Shown: positions 10,940 through 22,581 of the stretch, in pieces
How positions within the stretch are numbered: position 1 is the stretch's first letter
How the letters are laid out: every line of letters starts with the position of its first letter
The notes under the pieces: model-generated
Told to the model about the DNA's origin: nothing
The model's database searches: none
Seen by the model: only the letters and a program-made list of their open reading frames with translations
NCBI GenBank assembly: GCA_964016885.1
Contig: OZ024757.1
Span: forward strand, 10,168,001 to 10,232,000
Length of the DNA: 64,000 nucleotides
Source: Eledone cirrhosa
Lineage: Eukaryota
Reading direction: 5' to 3'
Position numbers and translations under genes: made by a program

Positions 10940-13900
10940 AAGTTAAGTTGGAGTTAAGTTAAGTTGGGGTTAAGTTAAGTTGGGGTTAAGTTAAGTCGGA
11001 GTAAAGTTAAGTTGGGGTTAAGTTAAGTTGGGGGTAAGTTAAGTTGTGGTTAAGTTAAGTTGGGGTTAAGTTGGGGTTAAGTTAAGTTGGGGTTGAGTTA
11101 AGTTGGGGTTGAATTAAGTTGGGATTGAGTTAAGTTGGAGTTAAGTTAAGTTGGGGTTAAGTTAAGTTGGGGTTAAGTTAAGTTGGCGTTAAATTAAGTT
11201 GGGGTTAAGTTAAGTTGGGGTTACGTTAAGTTGGGGTTGAGTTAAGTTGGGGTCGAGTTAAGTTGGGGTTGAGTTAAGTTGGGGTTAAGTTAAGTTGGGG
11301 TTAAGTTAAGTTGGGGTTAAGTTAAGTTGGGATTAGATTAAGTAGGAGTTAAGTTAAGTTGGGGTTAAGTTAAGTTGTGGTTAAGTTAAGTTGGGGTTAA
11401 GTTAAGTTGGGGTTAAGTTAAGTTGGGGTTAACTTAAGTTGGAGTTAAGTTAAGTTGGGGTTAAGTTAAGTTGAGGCTAAGTTAAGTTGGGGCTGAGTTA
11501 AGTTGGGGTTGAGTTAAGTTGGGGTTGAGTTAAGTTGGGGTTGAGTTAAGTTGGGGTCGAGTTAAGTTGGGGTTGAGTTAAGTTGGGGTTAAGTTAAGTT
11601 GGGGTTAAGTTAAGTTGGGGTTAAGTTAAGTTGGAATTAGGTTAAGTTGGGGTTAAGTTAAGTTGGGGTTAAGTTAAGTTGTGGTTAATTTAAGTTGGGG
11701 TTAAGTTAAGTTGGGGTTAAGTTAAGTTGGTGTTAAGGTAAGTTGGGGTTAAGTTAAGTTGGGGTTAAGTTAAGTTGGGGTTAAGTTAAGTTGGGGTTAA
11801 CTTAAGTTGGGGTTAACTTAAGTTGGGGTTAAGTTGGGGTTAACTTAATTGGGGTTAAGTTGGGGTTAACTTAAGTTGGGGTTAAGTTAAGTTGGGGTTG
11901 AGTTAAGTTGGGGTTGATTTAACTTGGGGTTGAGTTAAGTTGGAGTCGAGTTAAGTTGGGGTTGAGTTAAGTTGGGGTTAAATTAAGTTGGGGTTAAGTT
12001 AAGTTGGAGTTAAGTTAAGTTGGGGTTAAGTTAAGTTGGGGTTAAGTTAAGTTGGCGTTAAATTAAATTGGGGTTAAGTTAAGTTGGGGTTACGTTAAGT
12101 TGGGGTTAAGTTAAGTTGGGGTTAAGTCAAGTTGGGGTTAAATCAAGTTGGGGTTAACTTAAGTTTGGATTAACTTAAGTTGGGTTAACTTAAGTTGGGG
12201 TTAAGTTGGGCTTAACTTAAGTTGGGGTTAAGTTAAGTTGGGGTTGAGTTAAGTTGGGGTTGAGTTAAGTTGGGGTTGAGTTAAGTTGGGGTTGAGTTAA
12301 GTTGGGGTTGAGTTAAGTTGGGGTTAAGTTAAGTTGGGGTTAAGTTAAGTTGGGGTTAAGTTAAGTTGGGATTAGGTTAAGTTGGGGTTAAGTTAAGTTG
12401 GGGTTAAGTTAAGTCGGAGTAAAGTTAAGTTGGGGTTAAGTTAAGTTGGGGGTAAGTTAAGTTGTGGTTAAGTTAAGTTGGGGTTAAGTTGGGGTTAAGT
12501 TAAGTTGGGGTTGAGTTAAGTTGGGGTTGAATTAAGTTGGGATTGAGTTAAGTTGGAGTTAAGTTAAGTTGGGGTTAAGTTAAGTTGGGGTTAAGTTAAG
12601 TTGGCGTTAAATTAAGTTGGGGTTAAGTTAAGTTGGGGTTACGTTAAGTTGGGGTTAAGTTAAGTTGGGGTTAAGTCAAGTTGGGGTTAAATCAAGTTGT
12701 GGTTAAGTTAAGTTGGGGTTAAGTTAAGTTGGGGTTAAGTTAAGTTGGGGTTAACTTAAGTTGGAGTTAAGTTAAGTTGGGGTTAAGTTAAGTTGAGGCT
12801 AAGTTAAGTTGGGGCTGAGTTAACTTGGGGTTAAGTTAAGTTGGGGTTAAGTTAAGTTGGGGTTAAGGTAAGTTGGGGTTAAGTTAAGTTGGGCTTAAGT
12901 TAAGTTGGGGTTAAGTTAAGTTGGGGTTAACTTAAGTTGGGGTTAACTTAAGTTGGGGTTAAGTTGGGGTTAACTTAAGTTGGGGTTAATTTAAGTTGGG
13001 GTTGAGTTAAGTTGGGGTTGATTTCAGTTTGGGTTGAGTTAAGTTGGGGTCGAGTTAAGTTGTGGTTGTGTTAAGTTGGGGTTAAGTTAAGTTGGGGTTA
13101 AGTTAAGTTGGGGTTGAGTTAAGTTGGGATCGAGGTAAGTTGGGGTTGAGTTAAGTTGGGGTTAAGTTAAGTTGGGGTTAACTTAAGTTGGGGTTAACTT
13201 AAGTTGGGGTTAAGTTAAGTTGGGGTTAAGTTAAGTTGGGGTTAAGTTAAGTTGGGGTTAAGTTAAGTTGGGGTTAAGTTAAGTTGGGGTTGAGTTAAGT
13301 TAGGGTCGAGTTAAGTTGGGGTTGAGTTAATTTGGGGTTGAATTAAGTTGGGGTTAGGTTAAGTTGGGGTTAAGTTAAGTTGGGGTTAAGTTAAGTTGGG
13401 GTTGATTTAAGTTGGGGTTGATTTAAGTTGGGGCTGAATTAAGTTGGGGTCGAGTTAAGTTGGGGTTGAGTTAAGTTGGGGTTAAGTTAAGTTGGGGTTA
13501 AGTTAAGTTGGAGTTAAGTTAAGTTGGGGTTAAGTTAAGTTGGGGTTAAGTTAAGTCGGAGTAAAGTTAAGTTGGGGTTAAGTTAAGTTGGGGGTAAGTT
13601 AAGTTGTGGTTAAGTTAAGTTGGGGTTCAGTTGGGGTTAAGTTAAGTTGGGGTTGAGTTAAGTTGGGGTTGAATTAAGTTGGGATTGAGTTAAGTTGGAG
13701 TTAAGTTAAGTTGGGGTTAAGTTAAGTTGGGGTTAAGTTAAGTTGGCGTTAAATTAAGTTGGGGTTAAGTTAAGTTGGGGTTACGTTAAGTTGGGGTTGA
13801 GTTAAGTTGGGGTCGAGTTAAGTTGGGGTTGAGTTAAGTTGGGGTTAAGTTAAGTTGGGGTTAAGTTAAGTTGGGGTTAAGTTAAGTTGGGATTAGATTA

Positions 13901-16900
13901 AGTAGGAGTTAAGTTAAGTTGGGGTTAAGTTAAGTTGTGGTTAAGTTAAGTTGGGGTTAAGTTAAGTTGGGGTTAAGTTAAGTTGGGGTTAACTTAAGTT
14001 GGAGTTAAGTTAAGTTGGGGTTAAGTTAAGTTGAGGCTAAGTTAAGTTGGGGCTGAGTTAAGTTGGGGTTGAGTTAAGTTGGGGTTGAGTTAAGTTGGGG
14101 TTGAGTTAAGTTGGGGTCGAGTTAAGTTGGGGTTGAGTTAAGTTGGGGTTAAGTTAAGTTGGGGTTAAGTTAAGTTGTGGTTAATTTAAGTTGGGGTTAA
14201 GTTAAGTTGGGGTTAAGTTAAGTTGGTGTTAAGGTAAGTTGGGGTTAAGTTAAGTTGGGGTTAAGTTAAGTTGGGGTTAAGTTAAGTTGGGGTTAACTTA
14301 AGTTGGGGTTAACTTAAGTTGGGGTTAAGTTGGGGTTAACTTAATTGGGGTTAAGTTGGGGTTAACTTAAGTTGGGGTTAAGTTAAGTTGGGGTTGAGTT
14401 AAGTTGGGGTTGATTTAACTTGGGGTTGAGTTAAGTTGGAGTCGAGTTAAGTTGGGGTTGAGTTAAGTTGGGGTTAAATTAAGTTGGGGTTAAGTTAAGT
14501 TGGAGTTAAGTTAAGTTGGGGTTAAGTTAAGTTGGGGTTAAGTTAAGTTGGCGTTAAATTAAATTGGGGTTAAGTTAAGTTGGGGTTACGTTAAGTTGGG
14601 GTTAAGTTAAGTTGGGGTTAAGTCAAGTTGGGGTTAAATCAAGTTGGGGTTAACTTAAGTTTGGATTAACTTAAGTTGGGTTAACTTAAGTTGGGGTTAA
14701 GTTGGGCTTAACTTAAGTTGGGGTTAAGTTAAGTTGGGGTTGAGTTAAGTTGGGGTTGAGTTAAGTTGGGGTTGAGTTAAGTTGGGGTTGAGTTAAGTTG
14801 GGGTCGAGTTAAGTTGGGGTTGAGTTAAGTTGGGGTTAAGTTAAGTTGGGGTTAAGTTAAGTTGGGGTTAAGTTAAGTTGGGATTAGGTTAAGTTGGGGT
14901 TAAGTTAAGTTGGGGTTAAGTTAAGTCGGAGTAAAGTTAAGTTGGGGTTAAGTTAAGTTGGGGGTAAGTTAAGTTGTGGTTAAGTTAAGTTGGGGTTAAG
15001 TTGGGGTTAAGTTAAGTTGGGGTTGAGTTAAGTTGGGGTTGAATTAAGTTGGGATTGAGTTAAGTTGGAGTTAAGTTAAGTTGGGGTTAAGTTAAGTTGG
15101 GGTTAAGTTAAGTTGGCGTTAAATTAAGTTGGGGTTAAGTTAAGTTGGGGTTACGTTAAGTTGGGGTTAAGTTAAGTTGGGGTTAAGTCAAGTTGGGGTT
15201 AAATCAAGTTGTGGTTAAGTTAAGTTGGGGTTAAGTTAAGTTGGCGTTAAGTTAAGTTGGGGTTAACTTAAGTTGGGGTTAAGTTAAGTTGAGGCTAAGT
15301 TAAGTTGGGGCTGAGTTAACTTGGGGTTAAGTTAAGTTGGGGTTAAGTTAAGTTGGGGTTAAGGTAAGTTGGGGTTAAGTTAAGTTGGGCTTAAGTTAAG
15401 TTGGGGTTAAGTTAAGTTGGGGTTAACTTAAGTTGGGGTTAACTTAAGTTGGGGTTAAGTTGGGGTTAACTTAAGTTGGGGTTAATTTAAGTTGGGGTTG
15501 AGTTAAGTTGGGGTTGATTTCAGTTTGGGTTGAGTTAAGTTGGGGTCGAGTTAAGTTGTGGTTGTGTTAAGTTGGGGTTAAGTTAAGTTGGGGTTAAGTT
15601 AAGTTGGGGTTGAGTTAAGTTGGGATCGAGGTAAGTTGGGGTTGAGTTAAGTTGGGGTTAAGTTAAGTTGGGGTTAACTTAAGTTGGGGTTAACTTAAGT
15701 TGGGGTTAAGTTAAGTTGGGGTTAAGTTAAGTTGGGGTTAAGTTAAGTTGGGGTTAAGTTAAGTTGGGGTTAAGTTAAGTTGGGGTTGAGTTAAGTTAGG
15801 GTCGAGTTAAGTTGGGGTTGAGTTAATTTGGGGTTGAATTAAGTTGGGGTTAGGTTAAGTTGGGGTTAAGTTAAATTTGGTTTAAGTTAAGTTGGGGTTA
15901 AGTTAAGTTGGGGTTAAGTTAAGTTGGGATTAGATTAAGTTGGGGTTAAGTTAAGTTGGGGTTGAGTTAAGTTGGGGTTAAGTTAAGTTGGCGTTAAGTT
16001 AAGTTGGGGTTGAGTTAAGTTGGGGTTGAATTAAGTTGGGATTGAGTTAAGTTGGAGTTAAGTTAAGTTGGGGTTAAGTTAAGTTGGGGTTAAGTTAAGT
16101 TGGCGTTAAATTAAGTTGGGGTTAAGTTAAGTTGGGGTTACGTTAAGTTGGGGATAAGTTAAGTTGGGGTTAAGTCAAGTTGGGGTTAAATCAAGTTGGG
16201 GTTAACTTAAGTTTGGATTAACTTAAGTTGGGTTAACTTAAGTTGGGATTAAGTTGGGGTTAACTTAAGTTGGGGTTAAGTTAAGTTGGCGTTGAGTTAA
16301 GTTGGGGTTGAGTTAAGTTGGGGTTGAGTTAAGTTGGGGTTGAGTTAAGTTGGGGTCGAGTTAAGTTGGGGTTGATTTAAGTTGGGGTTAAGTTAAGTTG
16401 TGGTTAAGTTAAGTTGGGGTTAAGTTAAGTTGGGATTAGATTAAGTAGGAGTTAAGTTAAGTTGGGGTTAAGTTAAGTTGTGGTTAAGTTAAGTTGGGGT
16501 TAAGTTAAGTTGGGGTTAAGTTAAGTTGGGGTTAACTTAAGTTGGAGTTAAGTTAAGTTGGGGTTAAGTTAAATTTGGTTTAAGTTAAGTTGGGGTTAAG
16601 TTAAGTTGGGGTTAAGTTAAGTTGGGATTAGATTAAGTTGGGGTTAAGTTAAGTTGGGGTTGAGTTAAGTTGGGGTTAAGTTAAGTTGGCGTTAAGTTAA
16701 GTTGGGGTTAAGTTAAGTTGGGGTTAAGTTAAGTTGGGGTTAATTTAAGTTGGGGTTAAGTTAAGTTGGGGTTAAGTTAAGTTGGGGTTAAGTTAAGTTG
16801 GGGTTAAGTTAAGTTGGAGTTAAGTTAAGTTGGGGTTAAGTCAAGTTGGGGTTGAGTTAATTTGGGGTTAAGTTAAGTTGGGGTTAAGTTAAGTTGGAGT

Positions 16901-19757
16901 TAAGTTAAGTTGGGGTTAAGTCAAGTTGGGGTTGAGTTAATTTGGGGTTGAATTAAGTTGGGGTTAGGTTAAGTTGGGGTTAAGTTAAGTTTGGTTTAAG
17001 TTAAGTTGGGGTTTAGTTAAGTTGGGGTTAAGTTAAGTTGGGGTTAAGTTAAGTTGGGGTTGATTTAAGTTGGGGTTGATTTAAGTTGGGGTTGAATTAA
17101 GTTGGGGTCGAGTTAAGTTGGGGTTGAGTTAAGTTGGGGTTAAGTTAAGTTGGGGTTAAGTTAAGTTGGAGTTAAGTTAAGTTGGGGTTAAGTTAAGTTG
17201 GGGTTAAGTTAAGTCGGAGTAAAGTTAAGTTGGGGTTAAGTTAAGTTGGGGGTAAGTTAAGTTGTGGTTAAGTTAAGTTGGGGTTAAGTTGGGCTTAAGT
17301 TAAGTTGGGGTTGAGTTAAGTTGGGGTTGAATTAAGTTGGGATTGAGTTAAGTTGGAGTTAAGTTAAGTTGGGGTTAAGTTAAGTTGGCGTTAAATTAAG
17401 TTGGGGTTAAGTTAAGTTGGGGTTACGTTAAGTTGGGGTTGAGTTAAGTTGGGGTCGAGTTAAGTTGGGGTTGAGTTAAGTTGGGGTTAAGTTAAGTTGG
17501 GGTTAAGTTAAGTTGGGGTTAAGTTAAGTTGGGATTAGATTAAGTAGGAGTTAAGTTAAGTTGGGGTTAAGTTAAGTTGTGGTTAAGTTAAGTTGGGGTT
17601 AACTTAAGTTGGAGTTAAGTTAAGTTGGGGTTAAGTTAAGTTGAGGCTAAGTTAAGTTGAGCTGAGTTAACTTGGGGTTAAGTTAAGTTGGGGTTAAATT
17701 AAGTTGGGGTTAAGGTAAGTTGGGGTTAAGTTAAGTTGGGGTTAAGTTAAGTTGGGGTTAAGTTAAGTTGGGGTTAACTTAAGTTGGGGTTAAGTTGGGG
17801 TTAACTTAAGTTGGGGTTAATTTAAGTTGGGGTTGAGTTAAGTTGGGGTTGATTTCAGTTTGGGTTGAGTTAAGTTGGGGTCGAGTTAAGTTGGGGTTGT
17901 GTTAAGTTGGGGTTAAGTTAAGTTGGGGTTAAGTTAAGTTGGGGTTGAGTTAAGTTGGGATCGAGGTAAGTTGGGGTTGAGTTAAGTTGGGGTTAAGTTA
18001 AGTTTGGTTTAAGTTAAGTTGGGGTTAAGTTAAGTTGGGGTTAAGTTAAGGTGGGATTAGGTTAAGTTGGGGTTAAGTTAAGTTGGGGTTAAGTTAAGTT
18101 GTGGTTAATTTAAGTTGGGGTTAAGTTAAGTTGGGGTTAAGTTAAGTTGGGGTTAAGGTAAGTTGGGGTTAAGTTAAGTTGGGGTTAAGTTAAGTTGGGG
18201 TTAAGTTAAGTTGGGGTTAACTTAAGTTGGGGTTAAGTTGGGGTTAACTTAAGTTGGGGTTAAGTTGGGGTTAACTTAAGTTGGGGTTAAGTTAAGTTGG
18301 GGTTGAGTTAAGTTGGGGTTGATTTAAGTTGGGGTTGAGGTAAGTTGGAGTCGAGTTAAGTTGGGGTTGAGTTAAGTTGGGGTTAAGTTAAGTTGGGGTT
18401 AAGTTAAGTTGGGGTTAAGTTAAGTCGGAGTTAAGTTAAGTTGGGGTTAAGTTAAGTTGGGGGTAAGTTAAGTTGTGGTTAAGTTAAGTTGGAGTTAAGT
18501 TGGGGTTAAGTTAAGTTGGGGTTAAGTTAAGTGGGGTTGAGTTAAGTTGGAGTTAAGTTAAGTTGGGGTTAATTTAAGTTGGGGTTAAGTTAAGTCGGGG
18601 TAAAGTTAAGTTGGGGTTAAGTTAAGTTGGGGGTAAGTTAATTTGGGGTTAAGTTAAGTTGGGGTTTAGTTAATTTGGGGTTAAGTCAAGTTGGGGTTAA
18701 GTCAAGTTGGGGTTAAGTTAAGTTGGGGTTAAGTTAAGTCGGGGTTAAGTTAAGTTGGGGTTAAGTTAAGTCGGGGTTAAGTTAAGTTGGGGTTAAGTTA
18801 AGTTGGGGTAAGTTAAGTTGGGGTTAAGTTAAGTTGGGGTTTACTTAAGTTGGGGTTAAGTCAAGTTGGGGTTAAGTCAAGTTGGGGTTAAGACAAGTTG
18901 GGGTTAAGTTAAGTTGGGGTTAAGTTAAGTTGGGGTTAAATTAAGTTGGGGTTAAGTTAAGTTGGGGTTAAGTTAAGTTGGCGTTAAGTTAAGTTGGGGT
19001 TAAGTTAACTTGGGGTTAAGTTAAGTTGGGGTTAAGTTAAGTTGGGGTTAAGTCAAGTTGGGGTTAAATCAAGTTGGGGTTAACTTAAGTTTGGATTAAC
19101 TTAAGTTGGGTTAACTTAAGTTGGGGTTAAGTTGGGGTTAACTTAAGTTGGGGTTAAGTTAAGTTGGGGTTAAGTTAAGTTGGGGTTGAGTTAAGTTGGG
19201 GTTGAGTTAAGTTGGGGTTGAGTTAAGTTGGGGTTGATTTAAGTTGGGGTTGAGTTAAGTTGGGGTCGAGTTAAGTTGGGGTTGAGTTAAGTTGGGGTTA
19301 AGTTAAGTTGGGGTTAAGTTAAGTTGGGGTTAAGTTAAGTTTGGTTTAAGTTAAGTTGTGGTTAATTTAAGTTGGGGTTAAGTTAAGTTGGGGTTAAGTT
19401 AAGTTGGTGTTAAGGTAAGTTGGGGTTAAGTTAAGTTGGGGTTAAGTTAAGTTGGGGTTAAGTTAAGTTGGGGTTAACTTAAGTTGGGGTTAACTTAAGT
19501 TGGGGTTAAGTTGGGGTTAACTTAAGTTGGGGTTAAGTTAAGTTGGGGTTGAGTTAAGTTGGGGTTGATTTAACTTGGGGTTGAGTTAAGTTGGAGTCGA
19601 GTTAAGTTGGGGTTGAGTTAAGTTGGGGTTAAATTAAGTTGGGGTTAAGTTAAGTTGAAGTTAAGTTAAGTTGGGGTTAAGTTAAGTTGGGGTTAAGTTA
19701 AGTTGGCGTTAAATTAAATTGGGGTTAAGTTAAGTTGGGGTTACGTTAAGTTGGGGT
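3741..19757 (+). repeat. Long block paralogous to ~45151-58605 (offset ~41.4 kb, falling to ~38.8 kb after the extra 2.5-kb copy)
   Basis: Collinear rare markers: doubled GGGGTTTACTT cassette after 3741/45151, GGGGCTGAG 4341/45751, TTGCGG 4418/45844, TTCGGG 6379/47708, TTAGCG 10486/51831, GGAATTAGG ~11633/~53074, TGTGGTTGTG 13061/54471, AGACAAG 18892/57711, TTGAAGTT 19657/58503. Confidence 0.88.
10838..15874 (+). repeat. Tandem duplication of ~2.5 kb (10838-13378 / 13398-15874)
   Basis: GGGCTGAATT occurs at 10871/13431 (offset 2560) and TGTGGTTGTG at 13061/15557 (offset 2496). Both copies share AAATCAAGTTGTGG and GGGCTTAAGTT. The offset shrinks by 64 bp, equal to 4 monomers. Confidence 0.85.
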
Positions 19758-19970
19758 TATTTTAAGTTGGGGTTAAGTTAAGTTGGGGTTAATTTAAGTT
19801 GGGGTTAAGGTAAGTTGGGGTTCAGTTAAGTTGGGGTTAAGTTAAGTTGGGGGTAATTTATGTTGGGGGTAAGTTAAGTTGGGGTTAAGTTAAGTTGGGG
19901 ATAAGTTAAGTTGGGTGTAAGTTAAGTTGGGGGTAAGTTAAGTTGGGGGTAAGTTAAGTTGGGGTGAAGT
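19753..19970 (+). repeat. Left copy of ~220-bp direct repeat bounding the core
   Basis: The series GGGGTTATTTTAAG..TTAATTT..TTAAGGTAAG..TTCAG..GGGGGTAATTTATG..GGGGATAAG recurs at 22582 (offset 2829). Confidence 0.85.
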
Positions 19971-20795
19971 TAAGTTGGGGTTAAGCTAAGTTGGGGTTAA
20001 GTTAAGTAGGGGCTGAGTTAAGTTGGAGGTAAGTTAAGTTGGGGTTAAGTTAAGTTGGGGTTAAGTTAAGTTGGGGTTAACTTAAGTTGGGTTTAACTTA
20101 AGTTGGGGTTAAATTAAGTTGGGGTTAAGTTGGGGTTAAGATAAGTTGGGGTTAAGTTAAGTTGGGATTAAGTTAAATTGGGGTTAAGTTGTGGTTCAGT
20201 TGGGGTTAAGTTAAGTTGGGGTTAAGTTAAGTTGGGGTTAAGTTAAGTTGTGGTTAAGTTAAGTTGGGGTTAATTTAAGTTGGGGTTAATTTAAGTTGGG
20301 GTTAATTTAAGTTGGGGTTAATTTAAGTTGGGGTTAATTTAAGTGGGGGTTAAGTTAAGTTGGGGTTAAGTTGGGGTTAAGTTGGGGTTAAGTTGGGGTT
20401 AAGTTAACTTGGGGTTAAGTTGGGGTTAAGTTAAGTTGGGGTTAAGTTAAGTTGGGGTTAAGTTAAGTTGGGGTTAAGTTATGTTGGGGTTAAGTCAAGT
20501 TGGGGTTAAGTCAAGTTGGGGTTAAGTCAAGTTGGGGTTAATTTAAGTTAGGGTTAAGTTAAGTTGGGGTTAAGTCAAGTTGGGGTTAAGTCAAGTTGGG
20601 GTTAAATCAAGTTGGGGTTAAGTTAAGTTAGGGTTAAGTTAAGTTGGGGTTAAGTTAACTTGGGGTTAAGTTGGAGTTAAGTTAAGTTGGGGTTAATTTA
20701 AGTTGGGGTTAAGTTAAGTTGGGGGTTATTTAAGTTGGGGTTAAGTTAAGTTGGGGTTAAGTTAAGTTGGGCTTCAGTTAAGTTGGGGTTAAGTT

Positions 20796-20939
20796 AACTT
20801 AACCCCAACTTAACTTAACCCCAACTTAACTTAACCCCAACTTAACTGAAGCCCAACTTAACTTAACCCCAACTTAACTTAACCCCAACTTAACTTAACC
20901 CCAACTTAAATAACCCCCAACTTAACTTAACCCCAACTT
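20796..20939 (-). repeat. 144-bp inverted segment (9 monomer lengths of AACTTAACTTAACCCC); inverted duplication of the adjacent upstream sequence
   Basis: This is the only C-rich stretch in the window. It contains reverse complements of two private upstream variants: GGGCTTCAGTTAAGTT (20769-20784, mirrored at 20839-20854) and GGGGGTTATTTAAGTT (20721-20736, mirrored at 20903-20918). Confidence 0.97.
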
Positions 20940-22581
20940 AAGTTGGGGTAAATTTAAGTTGGGGTTAAGTTAAGTTGGGGCTGAGTTAAGTTGGGGTTAA
21001 GTTAAGTTGGGGTTAATTTAAGTTGGGGTTAAGTTAATTTGGGGTTAAGTTAAGTTGGCGTTAAGTTAAGTTGGGGTTAAATTAAGTTGGGGTTAAGTTA
21101 AGTTGGGGTAAGTTAAGTTGGGGTTAAGTTAAGTTGGGGTTAAGTCAAGTTGGGGTTAAGTCAAGTTGGGGTTAAGTCAAGTTGGGGTTAACTTAAGTTG
21201 GGGTTAAGTTAAGTTGGGGTTAAGTTAATTTGGGGTTAAGTTAAGTTGGCGTTAAGTTAAGTTGGGGTTAAGTTAATTTGGGGTTAAGTTAAGTTGGGGT
21301 TAAGTTAAGTTGGGGTTAAGTTAAGTTGGGGTTAAGTCAAGTTGGGTTTAAGTCAAGTTGGGGTTAAATCAAGTTGGAGTTAACTTAAGTTTGGATTAAC
21401 TTAAGTTGGGTTAACTTAAATTGGGGTTAAGTTGGGGTTGACTTAAGTTGGGGTTGAGTTAAGTTGGGGTCGAGTTAAGTTGGGGTTGAGTTAAGTTGGG
21501 GTTAAGTTAAGTTGGGGGTAACTTTAAGTTGGGGTTAAGTTAAGTTGGGGTTAATTTAAGTTGGGGTTAAGTTAAGTTGGGGTTAAGTTAAGTTGGGGTT
21601 AAGTAAAGTTGGGGTTGAGTTAATTTGGGGTTGAATTAAGTTGGGGTTAGGTTAAGTTGGGGTTAAGTTAAATTTGGTTTAAGTTAAGTTGGGGTTAAGT
21701 TAAGTTGGGGTTAATTTAAGTTGGGATTAGGTTAAGTTGGGGTTAAGTTAAGTTAGGGTTAAGTTAAGTTGGGGTTAAGTCAAGTTGGGGTTAAGTCAAG
21801 TTGGGGTTAAGTCAAGTTGGGGTTAAGTTAAGTTAGGGTTAAGTTAAGTTGGGGTTAAGTTAAATTGGGGTTAAGTTGGGGTTAAGTTAAGTTGAGGTTA
21901 AGTTAAGTTGGGGTTAATTTAAGTTGGGGTTAAGTTAAGTTGGGGTTAAGTTAAGTTGGGGTTAAGTTAAGTTGGGGTTAAGATAAGTTGGGGCTAATTT
22001 AAGTTGGTGTTAATTGAAGTTGGGGTTAAGTTAAGTTGGGGTTAAGTTAAGTTGGGGTTAAGTTAAGTTGGGGTTAAGTTAAGTTGGTGTTAACTTAAGT
22101 AGGGGTTAAGTTAAGTTGGGGTTAACTTAAGTTGGGGTTAACTTAAGTTGGGGTTAACTTAAGTTGGGGTTAAGTTGGGGTTAACTTAAGTTGGGGTTAA
22201 GTTAAGTTGGGGTTAAGTTAAGTTGGGGTTAAGTTAAGTTGGGGTTAAGTTAAGTTGTATTAAGTTACGTTGGGGGTAAGTTAAGTTGGGGATAAGTTAA
22301 GTTGGGGTTAAGTTAAGTTGAGGTTAAGTTAATTTGGGGTTAAGTTGAGTTGGGGGTAAGTTAAGTTGGGGGTAAGTTAAGTTGGGGTTAAGTTAAGTTG
22401 GGGTTAAGTTAAGTTGGGGGTAAGTTAAGTTGGGGTTAAGTTGGGGTTAAGTTAAGTTGGGGTTAAGTTGGGGTTAAGTTAAGTTGGGGTTAAGTTAAGT
22501 TGGGGTTAAGTTAAGTTGGGGGTAAGTTAAGTTAGGGGTAAGTTAAGTTGGGGTTAAGTTAAGTTGGGGTTAAATTAAGTT

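Noticed and set aside
20776-20815. Intrinsic terminator or structured ncRNA hairpin
   Set aside because: There is no loop, U-tract or gene context. The palindrome is a by-product of the inversion junction.
20776-20830. Telomere-telomere fusion site
   Set aside because: The G-strand to C-strand junction has the right polarity, but orientation reverts after 144 bp and the inverted part copies neighbouring private variants. Local fold-back explains it better.
20776-20949. piggyBac or MITE insertion (TTAA at both junctions, inverted repeats)
   Set aside because: The segment is purely reverse-complemented satellite with no foreign termini or transposase. TTAA occurs twice in every monomer.
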